This document shows positions 1 to 7,385 of a stretch of DNA of 64,000 nt, piece after piece; the first letter of the stretch is position 1, and the number at the start of each line of letters is the position of its first letter. The notes beneath the pieces were generated by a model, which was not told the origin of the DNA, ran no database searches, and was given only the letters and a program-made list of their open reading frames with translations. A program made the translations under genes and the position numbers. Source of the DNA: Candidatus Methylacidiphilales bacterium (lineage in GTDB: Bacteria; Verrucomicrobiota; Verrucomicrobiia; Methylacidiphilales; JAAUTS01); the NCBI GenBank assembly GCA_028713655.1, contig JAQTNW010000009.1, positions 8,474-72,473 on the forward strand, given 5' to 3'.

Positions 1-505
1 CCATCTGGCAGCGCTCAATCGCATGGCCGCCCGTGCCCATGATGTCGAGCAGCAAGGTCGCCTCGGTTGCCGAGAATTCGTCCGGGACGGGAAAGAAAAT
101 GCTTTCATGAACCAACTCATATTGGCCGTATCCGCCGTCGCGATTGAAACCCATGTCGCCGCGCTTCTGCAAACACTGGTTGGTGAAACCGAGCCGGCAG
201 GAGCGGCATTCTCCGCAGAAATCCATCAGGAACACCACACCGCTTGTGCCCACGGCCGTCCGGGTCCCCGACCCGGCAGCAACGACGGTGCCGGCCGCCT
301 CGTGGCCGGGTGTGGCTGTCGGCGAGCCGTCTGCAAGCCTGCCGTCAAAAAACTGGGGCCGTTCAGAACCGCACAAGGCATTGGCGTGAACGCGGAGCAG
401 GAGCTGGCCAGGTCCGGGAGTCGGAACCGCTTTTTCCCCGAATTTGATTTGTTTGTTCCCGACAAAAAGCGGGACCTTGCAGGCGGAAGGTATTGGGTTG
501 CTCAT
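1..505 (-). CDS. Zn-dependent alcohol dehydrogenase (MDR superfamily), N-terminal part; the gene continues past the window edge
   Basis: Own translation from ATG at 505 (minus): MSNPIPSACKVPLFVGNKQIKFGEKAVPTPGPGQLLLRVHANALCGSE...TPGHEAAGTVVAAG...FCGECRSCRLGFTNQC. GHE catalytic-Zn motif plus Cys-rich structural-Zn loop. Absent from the ORF track because it is open at the edge. Confidence 0.75.
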   Translation of the reverse strand, partial: MSNPIPSACKVPLFVGNKQIKFGEKAVPTPGPGQLLLRVHANALCGSERPQFFDGRLADGSPTATPGHEAAGTVVAAGSGTRTAVGTSGVVFLMDFCGECRSCRLGFTNQCLQKRGDMGFNRDGGYGQYELVHESIFFPVPDEFSATEATLLLDIMGTGGHAIERCQM

Positions 506-684
506 TTTAAATTCCTTGAATTTTTTTGCGATTTAACCGGGCCGGAATGGGTTTCGGTATCTCGTTCCGACATAGGTTGATCCCGCCATGATTGGCCGGG
601 AGAGACTTACAATCCATGAGTTTTGGCTGCTGATGTTTTGAGATTCTTTGTCACAGCCATCCCACAGGTTGAAACAACTAGTGG

Positions 685-771
685 TCTGCATATTTCATAC
701 TCATTTCAATGGTCAACCCGTTAGCGCCGGGACCTAACAGCGGAAAGACACGCGCTGGGCCTATGCAGGCT
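685..771 (+). repeat. R9 hairpin element, copy 1 (CTGCATAT...TATGCAG termini)
   Basis: About 80 nt nearly identical to the reverse complement of 42776-42851 (CTGCATATTTCATAyTCATTTCAATGGTCAACCyGTTAGCrCCGGGACsTAACAGCGGAAAGACACG). Inverted termini. Confidence 0.7.
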
Positions 772-785
772 CTTGCAAAACCGAC

Positions 786-1142
786 TCAGACGCCGTCGGA
801 CCTGGCCTGCTGCAGCCGCGCCATGATCATTCCGCGCGCGGCCTGGAATCCCCTGTAATAGGATTGGGCCTTGTTCACGATACGCCAAAGGCCGACCGCT
901 TTGTCGGCCAAGCCGCCCAGATGAATTTTTTTGCCCAAACCGGTAACGGCAAAAAGCCCGCCCAATGGAATCAGGACGAGCAGGGCCGGACCCATACGCG
1001 ATGCCAGCGCCCGCCCCGTTTGAACCCAGCCAAGTTGTTTGTTGAGATACTCGACTTCGGCCACCAGTCCGGCGCGCTGCAATTCGCTGTCCTGAACCAG
1101 GCGCGCCTTGCGGAGCCGGATTTCTGTCAATCCTTGCAGCAT
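786..1142 (-). CDS. YqjK-like small membrane protein
   Basis: 118-aa ORF with a coiled N-terminus and one TM (GPALLVLIPLGGLFAVTGL). Third gene of a yqjD/yqjE/yqjK-like trio; 16-nt overlap with the upstream ORF. Confidence 0.5.
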   Translation of the reverse strand: MLQGLTEIRLRKARLVQDSELQRAGLVAEVEYLNKQLGWVQTGRALASRMGPALLVLIPLGGLFAVTGLGKKIHLGGLADKAVGLWRIVNKAQSYYRGFQAARGMIMARLQQARSDGV

Positions 1143-1516
1143 GCCCGGTCCTTTTTCAACTGGCCGAGGGTTTCCGCGAACGGCATGGCCTCGCGCTTCA
1201 GGCGTTTGTTGAGCGAAATGCCTGAATAAATCGAACCCAGCAAATAGAGGAGAAAGATGACCACGACCGCGATGAAGCGTTGTTCCGGATCATGCCAGAA
1301 TGCAAGCAGCACCAGGAGCGTCAGCATAATGAGGGAGGCGGCGGCCAGAAACACCGTCGCCGAGGCCCAGATCAAAACTTGTACGAGGCGCAGTTTCTCT
1401 TCCTGGAGTTCCAGCGCAAAAAGATCCACCCGCGTCTCCACGATTCCGAGGAGACGGGACATAAGACGTTTGGCGGAGGAAAAAATTCCGCCACCCCCTG
1501 CTGCGGCGTCCGGCAT
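1127..1516 (-). CDS. Holin-X/YqjE-like (DUF1469-type) membrane protein
   Basis: 129 aa. RLLGIVETRVDLFALELQEEKLRL segment followed by two hydrophobic helices. Adjacent to the DUF883 gene, as in the E. coli yqjDEK cluster. Confidence 0.6.
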   Translation of the reverse strand: MPDAAAGGGGIFSSAKRLMSRLLGIVETRVDLFALELQEEKLRLVQVLIWASATVFLAAASLIMLTLLVLLAFWHDPEQRFIAVVVIFLLYLLGSIYSGISLNKRLKREAMPFAETLGQLKKDRACCKD

Positions 1517-1517
1517 G

Positions 1518-1826
1518 TTATTTCCGGTTTACAAGAATGCCGATCAACAGCCCGAGGCCGAAAGCGATGCCGAGGGATTCATAGGGATGTTCACGGATCA
1601 AACGATCGGTTTCCTTCGCGCCCTCGATGGCTTTTTCGCGCACAACGCCTTCAATCTGCTGGAGGCGTTCCTTGGCCACGCCGACTTTTTCCGACAGTTT
1701 GACGCGGGCTTCCTTGGCCTTGACGCTCAAGTCGCCGGCGGTGGCCCGAATCAGGGCTTCGGCATCGCTGATGACTTCTTTAACATCGTCCACAAGTTTC
1801 TCTTTGGTAATGACAGTTTCGCTCAT
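1518..1826 (-). CDS. DUF883/ElaB/YqjD-family C-tail-anchored protein
   Basis: MSETVITKEKLVDDVKEVISDAEALIRATAGD...EHPYESLGIAFGLGLLIGILV. Typical ElaB/YqjD layout. The ORF extends to 1862, but ATG at 1826 (MSETV) is the likelier start. Confidence 0.7.
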   Translation of the reverse strand: MSETVITKEKLVDDVKEVISDAEALIRATAGDLSVKAKEARVKLSEKVGVAKERLQQIEGVVREKAIEGAKETDRLIREHPYESLGIAFGLGLLIGILVNRK

Positions 1827-1940
1827 GCCAACCATCCAACCAGAAAACAGGCTTGTACGCAAGTGCTAGAGTGTTTTCATCCAAGAAAGTTTTAACGCAG
1901 CACCCCAGAGGCAAAAACCGCAAAAATTGGAACCGGGATT

Positions 1941-1975
1941 GAACCACGGATGGACACAGATAACCACTGATGGAA
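1941..1975 (-). repeat. R5 10-bp-phased triple repeat (ATCyGyG x3 + GGTTC), minus orientation
   Basis: GAACCACGGATGGACACAGATAACCACTGATGGAA. Forms an imperfect inverted pair with 2023-2059. Confidence 0.75.
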
Positions 1976-2022
1976 GTCAACGCAGGTTAAAGCAAACAAC
2001 ACACGATTTGTTCCGGGCTATT

Positions 2023-2059
2023 TCCCATCTGCGTTCATCCGCGTTTATCCGCGGTTCAA
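2023..2059 (+). repeat. R5 10-bp-phased triple repeat
   Basis: TCCCATCTGCG TTCATCCGCG TTTATCCGCG GTTCAA. Three 10-bp units followed by GGTTCAA. Confidence 0.75.
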
Positions 2060-2069
2060 TTTTTTCAAT

Positions 2070-3305
2070 CTAGGAAAACAAGTCCCGTCGGGATTCGCGG
2101 CGGCGGAGCTGCAGGGCGTGCTCATAGCGCGCGCGCAAACGCCCGTCGAACCATACCTGGCCGAAAATTTCGCCTAAAACCATCGCCACCCCCAGCACCG
2201 GCATCGCCAGCAGCAATCCCGTGGCCCCTCCGATCACCCCGCCCGCAAAAATCATCAACACCGTCAGCAAGGGATGCGCACTGAGGGAACGTCCGACGGT
2301 CAGGGGCGTATAGAGAAAGTCGTCCAACATCCGCACCACCAGGAACAGGCAAATCGACCCGACAAACAACAGCCGGTTGGCCGGCACGCCGATCGCGCCG
2401 GAAAAATAAAACAGTTGGTCCGGGGCCTGGGCCACGCTGATCAGCGCGACCAAAATGCATCCCAGCACGGAACCGGCAAAGGGGACCCAGGCAAACATTG
2501 CGCACAACAACCCGAGAAAAACAGCCTGCCGAAAGCCAAACAAACCGAAGGGCAATCCAAGCAGCCAAAGCCCCAGAGCCAGCGTAACGGTATCCAGAAC
2601 CGTCAGGGCAATCAGTCCGCGGAAGTACCGTTTCATCTGGCGGTCCACCCGGTCAAACAGGAGCAACACCTTCTCAAAAAACGCGTTCGGCACGCCGCGC
2701 ATAACAAGTCGCTTGCATGTACCCGCGTCTTTCAGGATGAAAAAAGTCAGGTACGGGACCAGGAGAAGCGACGGGATCCACGAAATGAAATATTTCACCA
2801 CGCCGGACAGGTTTTCCTTGATGAAGTTTTCCTTAAGGTCCATCAGCTTCTGGCTGATTGTTTCAGCCACATGGGCGTCCGCCAGCCAGGCATGCCTGCC
2901 TTCCAGGTCCCGCAGGAAACTGTTGATCATTTCCTCGAGACGGGTCAGGCAACCCGGCAACTGGTCCTGCAAAAGATAAATCTGCGTTGTCAGCCAGGGC
3001 AAAACCAGCGGAATCAGAAACAATACCGCCAGCGAAACCATTGCCAAAAAAACATACAGCGCCTTGTCGTGGCTCAATCCCCGGCGCATCAGCATTTCGA
3101 GAAACGGCTGGCTGAGATAATAAAAAACCACGGCCAAAACAAGCGGCAGCGAAACCCACCAGACCAGATCCAGCAAAAAGAGGATGGCCAGCGTCCCTCC
3201 GATCACGCACAGCCAGACAGCCGGATGCTCCAACCCTGTGACGGACGTTTTCAAGTGTAGCTGCCGGGGAACAACGGCGTGCTGCTTTCCCTCAGGCGCG
3301 CGCAA
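2070..3305 (-). CDS. AI-2E family transporter (PerM/UPF0118)
   Basis: 411-aa polytopic membrane ORF. The C-terminal half (LIALTVLDTVTLALGLWLLGLPFGLFGF...WVPFAGSVLG) is typical of the family. An alternative TTG start at 3254 would overlap the upstream stop as TTGA. Confidence 0.85.
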   Translation of the reverse strand: MRAPEGKQHAVVPRQLHLKTSVTGLEHPAVWLCVIGGTLAILFLLDLVWWVSLPLVLAVVFYYLSQPFLEMLMRRGLSHDKALYVFLAMVSLAVLFLIPLVLPWLTTQIYLLQDQLPGCLTRLEEMINSFLRDLEGRHAWLADAHVAETISQKLMDLKENFIKENLSGVVKYFISWIPSLLLVPYLTFFILKDAGTCKRLVMRGVPNAFFEKVLLLFDRVDRQMKRYFRGLIALTVLDTVTLALGLWLLGLPFGLFGFRQAVFLGLLCAMFAWVPFAGSVLGCILVALISVAQAPDQLFYFSGAIGVPANRLLFVGSICLFLVVRMLDDFLYTPLTVGRSLSAHPLLTVLMIFAGGVIGGATGLLLAMPVLGVAMVLGEIFGQVWFDGRLRARYEHALQLRRRESRRDLFS

Positions 3306-3904
3306 TTCAACCGCGCGAGTTGGAGGCTGAGCTTGGCCCCGGTGTGGCCGTGTGTTTCAAGAATGCTCATAAATTCAGGCCGGAAAAACACGAGAAGGCG
3401 GGTGTCGGCGGCCGCCACGGCCGAGGCCATGCGCGGGAATCCTTCCAGCAAGGCCATTTCACCAAAATAACTGCCCGGGCCGAGGCGAGCCAATTCGCTT
3501 TTGCCACTCGCGCCCTTGCGCTGGATTTTTACTTCGCCCTCAACCACGATATACATTCCGAGGCCCTCGTCCCCTTCGTCAAAAATGACCTCCTCGGCGA
3601 TGTAATTCCGTTCGTGCAGGATATGTTCCACCCACTTGAGTTCCTGGGTCTTCAGGGTGGAAAAGAGGGCTACCTTTCTCAGGACCGCCAGCCGCTCGGA
3701 TGCCGCTTCGTTGTTCTTGCCAAAAAGTCCCACGCCTCTATCTACCCGTGCTTTGGCCCCATTGGCAACGTCGAAAATGGCTGAACTTACGGTTATTAGC
3801 CCGGATGTGGGTACTCCTCTGTTTTTGCCCGGTCTTTCGACAGGGCACTTTGCAGGGGTTTGCAGGAGCGTGTGAAACATCCGGGCTATGAACAGATTGG
3901 ACAA
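3251..3904 (-). CDS. Cyclic nucleotide-binding domain protein
   Basis: LFSTLKTQELKWVEHILHERNYIAEEVIFDEGDEGLGMYIVVEGEVKI...GPGSYFGEMALLEGFPRMASAVA, including the FGE(M/L)AL...R(S/T)A cNMP-binding signature. The first ~57 codons overlap repeat R1, so the real start is probably GTG at 3733. Confidence 0.8.
   Translation of the reverse strand: MSNLFIARMFHTLLQTPAKCPVERPGKNRGVPTSGLITVSSAIFDVANGAKARVDRGVGLFGKNNEAASERLAVLRKVALFSTLKTQELKWVEHILHERNYIAEEVIFDEGDEGLGMYIVVEGEVKIQRKGASGKSELARLGPGSYFGEMALLEGFPRMASAVAAADTRLLVFFRPEFMSILETHGHTGAKLSLQLARLNCARLRESSTPLFPGSYT
3797..3888 (-). repeat. R1 stem-closed element, copy 1 (minus orientation)
   Basis: TAGCCCGGATGT (3797-3808) pairs with ACATCCGGGCTA (3877-3888). 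The loop is collinear with copy 39525-39606 (TTTCACaCGCTyCTG..CAAAGTGyCCTG..AAAGACCGGGCAAAA). Confidence 0.8.
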
Positions 3905-3927
3905 GATATTGGAATGTAGAATGTTAG

Positions 3928-3998
3928 CTAAAACGCCAACGGCGTTTCGTCCTTCAGCCCAGGGTTGATCCGAGCTTGTCGAGGATCTACCCTGGGTA
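3928..3998 (+). repeat. R3 hairpin element (CAGCCCAGGGTTG...ACCCTGGGTA)
   Basis: Small hairpin AAACGCCAACGGCGTTT, then TTCAGCCCAGGGTTG..CTACCCTGGGTA. Homologous to 10229-10303 and inverted relative to 4099-4172. Confidence 0.75.
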
Positions 3999-4098
3999 AA
4001 ATCAAAAAATCATCCCGAACCCTGAAAGTGGTTCCGGCCGCCTCTCGCGCAAGCCCCTCTGCCACAACTCTTTCAGAGTTGGGGACTATTTTGACAGA

Positions 4099-4172
4099 TA
4101 CCCAGGGCAGGCCCTCGCAGACTCGTGCCAACCCTGGGCTGCAGGACGCTACCCCGAAAGCTTTCGGGGTAG
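4099..4172 (-). repeat. R3 hairpin element, inverted copy
   Basis: TACCCAGGGCAGGCCCTCGCAGACTCGTGCCAACCCTGGGCTG plus hairpin CTACCCCGAAAGCTTTCGGGGTAG. The flank TTTTGACAGATACCCAGGG is the reverse complement of 10285-10303. Confidence 0.75.
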
Positions 4173-4375
4173 GCCTCCAGTTCATTCCCGCTCAAAACAG
4201 CTTTTTTGAAAGGTTTGGTTTCTCGTGATGACGCGCGTGGGCAACCGCGTCCCGGCAGCCCCCATCATTGCGAGGAGGAGGGCATGGCCCGACGACGCGG
4301 CAATCCAGAGTCCTGTGCCTCCGATTCCCAAATAAAAAGCTTCCCTCGGATGGGCTTCGTTGGTAACGGAAGGGG

Positions 4376-4717
4376 ATGATTTTCGACGAAACGGTGGAAG
4401 GCACCCTGGCTATCCTGCACCTGAAGGGCGATGTGGACCTGCATCACTCGCCCAAACTCCGCGCCGTTCTCCAGTCAAAAATCGCCGTCAAATGCCCTTG
4501 TCTCCTGATTAATTTCACGGAGGTCAACTACATCGATTCCTCCGGCCTGGCCACTCTGGTCGAATACTACCAAGGCTGCCGCAATTTTTCCGGGAAAATC
4601 GGGCTCGCCGCCCTTTCACCCCGCGTCAAGAGCGTCTTCGATCTCGTGCGGCTTGGGGAGGTGTTTCCCATTTACGTCACCTTGGACGAAGCCCGGAGCG
4701 CCTTGGGAAAAACCTGA
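4376..4717 (+). CDS. STAS-domain protein (anti-sigma-factor antagonist / MlaB-like)
   Basis: 113 aa. LAILHLKGDVDLHHSPKLRAVL...VNYIDSSGLATLVEY, with the conserved DSSG phospho-serine motif of SpoIIAA/RsbV. Sits directly upstream of mlaE-like. Confidence 0.85.
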   Translation: MIFDETVEGTLAILHLKGDVDLHHSPKLRAVLQSKIAVKCPCLLINFTEVNYIDSSGLATLVEYYQGCRNFSGKIGLAALSPRVKSVFDLVRLGEVFPIYVTLDEARSALGKT

Positions 4718-4720
4718 GCT

Positions 4721-5467
4721 TTGCCGACTGTGAAGGAATACTTCCAGCTCAACGCTCAAATCCTTTACTGGCTCTTCATTGCGCCGTTTCGCGGCAAGCC
4801 ATTCAGCATCCCGCAAACTTTTCACCAAATCATCCGCATCGGCGTGCAGGCGTTGCCCATGGCCAGCCTCACGGCGTTCAGCGTCGGCCTGACCCTTGCC
4901 ATGGAAGCCGCCCGCGAAATGGGCCGGCTCGGCGCCGACAATTACGTCCCGGACCTGGTCTCGCTCACGCTCCTGCGCGAACTGGGCCCCATGCTGATCG
5001 CCGTCATTGTCATCGGACGCAGCGGTTCCGCCGTCACGGCCGAGCTCGGCACCATGAAGGTCTCGGAGGAAATCGAGGCCCTGCACGTCATGGCCATCAA
5101 TCCCGTCCGCTTCCTCATCGTTCCGCGCTTTCTCGCCATGCTCATCATGCTGCCCGTGCTCACCGTGTTCGGAAACTACATCGGCATGGTCGGCAGTTGG
5201 ACGATCTGCCATTACACGCTCGACATGGACACCGCCACCTACATCTTCCGCTCCCTGGACCGTGTGCATCTGTTTGACCCCTACAGCGGCCTGATCAAAA
5301 GTTTTGTCTTTGCCTGGCTCATCATCACCCTGGCCTGCCATTGCGGCCTGACCGTCGAAAACGGCGCGGAGGGCGTGGGGCAATCCACGACGCATTCCGT
5401 CGTCTATTCCCTGCTGGCCATGCTCATCGCCAACGCCCTTTTGACCGGAATCTTTTTCTTTGCCTGA
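4721..5467 (+). CDS. mlaE: MlaE-family ABC transporter permease
   Basis: 248 aa, TTG start. Multi-TM protein with the MlaE-like block GADNYVPDLVSLTLLRELGPMLIAVIVIGRSGSAVTAELGTMKVSEEIEAL. Confidence 0.85.
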   Translation: MPTVKEYFQLNAQILYWLFIAPFRGKPFSIPQTFHQIIRIGVQALPMASLTAFSVGLTLAMEAAREMGRLGADNYVPDLVSLTLLRELGPMLIAVIVIGRSGSAVTAELGTMKVSEEIEALHVMAINPVRFLIVPRFLAMLIMLPVLTVFGNYIGMVGSWTICHYTLDMDTATYIFRSLDRVHLFDPYSGLIKSFVFAWLIITLACHCGLTVENGAEGVGQSTTHSVVYSLLAMLIANALLTGIFFFA

Positions 5468-5468
5468 C

Positions 5469-6308
5469 ATGAAAACCCAAGCCAACTCTTCTCCGCCAGG
5501 AGCCAACGAGCCGGTGATCGAAGTCACCGACCTGGTCCGGAAATTCGGCAACCGCGCCGTGCTCAACGGCATCAGTTTCAAGGTCTATAAAGGCGACACC
5601 CTCATCATCATGGGCGGCAGCGGCTGCGGCAAAAGCACGCTCCTGCGCCATATCACCGGATCCCTCAAACCCACCTCCGGCTCCATCAAAATCTTCGGGC
5701 AGGAAATCGTCGGATTGCCCGGGCCGGAGATCGACAAAATCCGCCGCCGTTTCGGCGTGAATTTCCAGTTCGGAGCGCTGCTCCAGTCCCTCACCGTCGG
5801 GGAAAATGTGGCGCTGCCGCTGCGCGAGCACAGCAAGATCGAGGAGAATATCATCGACCTGATTGTAAAAATGAAACTCGAACTGGTCGGCCTCACCGGC
5901 TTTGAAAATCTCAAGCCTGCTGAAATCAGCGGCGGCATGCGCAAACGCGTCGGCCTGGCCCGCGCCGTGGCCCTCGACCCGGAATTGCTTTTCAGCGACG
6001 AGCCCACCTCCGGTCTCGACCCCGTCATGACCGCCGTCGTGGACAAGCTCACCATGGACCTTACAAAAAACCTGGGCATGACCGCCCTCGTGGTTTCGCA
6101 CGACATGACCAGCGCCTTCCGGATCGCCACCCGCATGATCATGCTCGGCACCGGCCCGTTGCAGGGTAAAATCATCGCCGAAGGCACCCCCGATGAAATC
6201 CGGAATCATCCCGATCCCATGCTCCAGCAATTCATCCGGGGCGAACCGGATGGCCCAATTCCCTTGAAACTATCGAAGGACGACTATATCAAGAGACTCA
6301 TAGGCTGA
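5469..6308 (+). CDS. mlaF: MlaF-like ABC transporter ATP-binding protein
   Basis: Walker A GGSGCGKST, signature ISGGMRKRVGLARA, Walker B LLFSDEPTSGLD. ATG at 5469 lies 1 nt after the mlaE stop; the ORF track starts at TTG 5460. Confidence 0.9.
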   Translation: MKTQANSSPPGANEPVIEVTDLVRKFGNRAVLNGISFKVYKGDTLIIMGGSGCGKSTLLRHITGSLKPTSGSIKIFGQEIVGLPGPEIDKIRRRFGVNFQFGALLQSLTVGENVALPLREHSKIEENIIDLIVKMKLELVGLTGFENLKPAEISGGMRKRVGLARAVALDPELLFSDEPTSGLDPVMTAVVDKLTMDLTKNLGMTALVVSHDMTSAFRIATRMIMLGTGPLQGKIIAEGTPDEIRNHPDPMLQQFIRGEPDGPIPLKLSKDDYIKRLIG

Positions 6309-6324
6309 AACCGGAACCCGAACC

Positions 6325-7143
6325 ATGAAAAATAAAAACCTCTCCGATTATATCATCGCCGCCGCCGTCATCGGTTGCAGCGCCGTGCTGCTGACAGCCC
6401 TGACCATCGCCCTCACCGGCTGGGAAAGCAAGTCCGGCGGAAAAATCATCCTGGTCGATATGCCCTCGGTCATCGGCTTGCGCGAAAACTCGCAGGTGCG
6501 TTATGCGGGCGCCCATGTCGGCAAGGTCATGAGCATCAAGCCGCTGGCCTGGAACGAACGCGCCAATCCGAAATACGCCGTGCGGATCATGGTCAAAATC
6601 ACAGGCCCCATGCCGGATCTCAAAGAGGATTCCATCGCCTCCATCAATTCGGACACCATTCTGGCGGAAAAATTCCTGGATATCTCTCCCGGCTCGCCCG
6701 AAGCCCGGAATCTCCCGCCCAACCAGCCTTTGCTCTGCCGCGATGTTGCCAGCTTCGACGACCTTTCGCGCGCGGGCATGAATTCTCTGACCCGGCTGAA
6801 TGACATTCTGGACAAATTGCAAAACGATCACAGCGATCTGCCGGCGAAGATCAGTTCGATGCTCGATAACGCCGATATGCTCGCAAAAAATGCCGATACA
6901 CTTGTCAAACAACTCAACGTGGTTCTCAAGGAACACGAACACGACATGGATCAGGGGATCCAGGATTTGCGGGTTGTCATGCAAAACATGAAGGTGGTCT
7001 CCACCTACGCCAAGACGCTGAGTGGAACGCTGGCCCACAAACCGTGGCGGATTGTCTGGGGCACAACGCCCAACGAACTTCCCTCGGAAGCTGAAATTCT
7101 AAAAGCAGACAAGCCCATCCCGGCAACCATGCCCAAGGAATAG
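6325..7143 (+). CDS. mlaD: MlaD/MCE-domain substrate-binding protein
   Basis: N-terminal TM (IIAAAVIGCSAVLLTALTIAL), then an MCE-like beta domain (VRYAGAHVGKVMSIKP) and a helical tail. Position after mlaE/mlaF. Confidence 0.8.
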   Translation: MKNKNLSDYIIAAAVIGCSAVLLTALTIALTGWESKSGGKIILVDMPSVIGLRENSQVRYAGAHVGKVMSIKPLAWNERANPKYAVRIMVKITGPMPDLKEDSIASINSDTILAEKFLDISPGSPEARNLPPNQPLLCRDVASFDDLSRAGMNSLTRLNDILDKLQNDHSDLPAKISSMLDNADMLAKNADTLVKQLNVVLKEHEHDMDQGIQDLRVVMQNMKVVSTYAKTLSGTLAHKPWRIVWGTTPNELPSEAEILKADKPIPATMPKE

Positions 7144-7220
7144 GCGGCAAAAATTCAAAAGTCTCAACTGTACACAACGGGCGCAAATCTACACAGATGA
7201 GAAACATGACAGACCGGAAT

Positions 7221-7344
7221 GGGAGCGCGGGCGTCCCGCCTGCTCAGAGAGGCATCCTGCCTCTCGATCATTTTTATGGATTTTTTACAGATGCAGGACT
7301 GTTGGGCAAGATGCCCAACAGAGCGGGCGGGACGCCCGCTCTCC
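7221..7344 (-). repeat. R4 GC-rich triloop-hairpin palindromic element
   Basis: GGGAGCGCGGGCGTCCCGCCTGCTC AGAGAGGCATCCTGCCTCTCG ... GTTGGGCAAGATGCCCAAC AGAGCGGGCGGGACGCCCGCTCTCC. Homologous to 33830-33962, with the central part inverted. Confidence 0.75.
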
Positions 7345-7385
7345 GGGAAAATCCGATCCAGGCAGCATAACCCCAACCTGCGCCC

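Noticed and set aside
2274-3260. 328-aa plus-strand ORF
   Set aside because: It is antisense to the AI-2E transporter gene, is extremely Gln/Arg/His/Lys-rich and has no hydrophobic core pattern.
4616-6230. ORFs 4616..5581 and 5424..6230 on the minus strand
   Set aside because: They are antisense to mlaE and mlaF, Gly/Asp/His/Ala-rich, and have no motifs.
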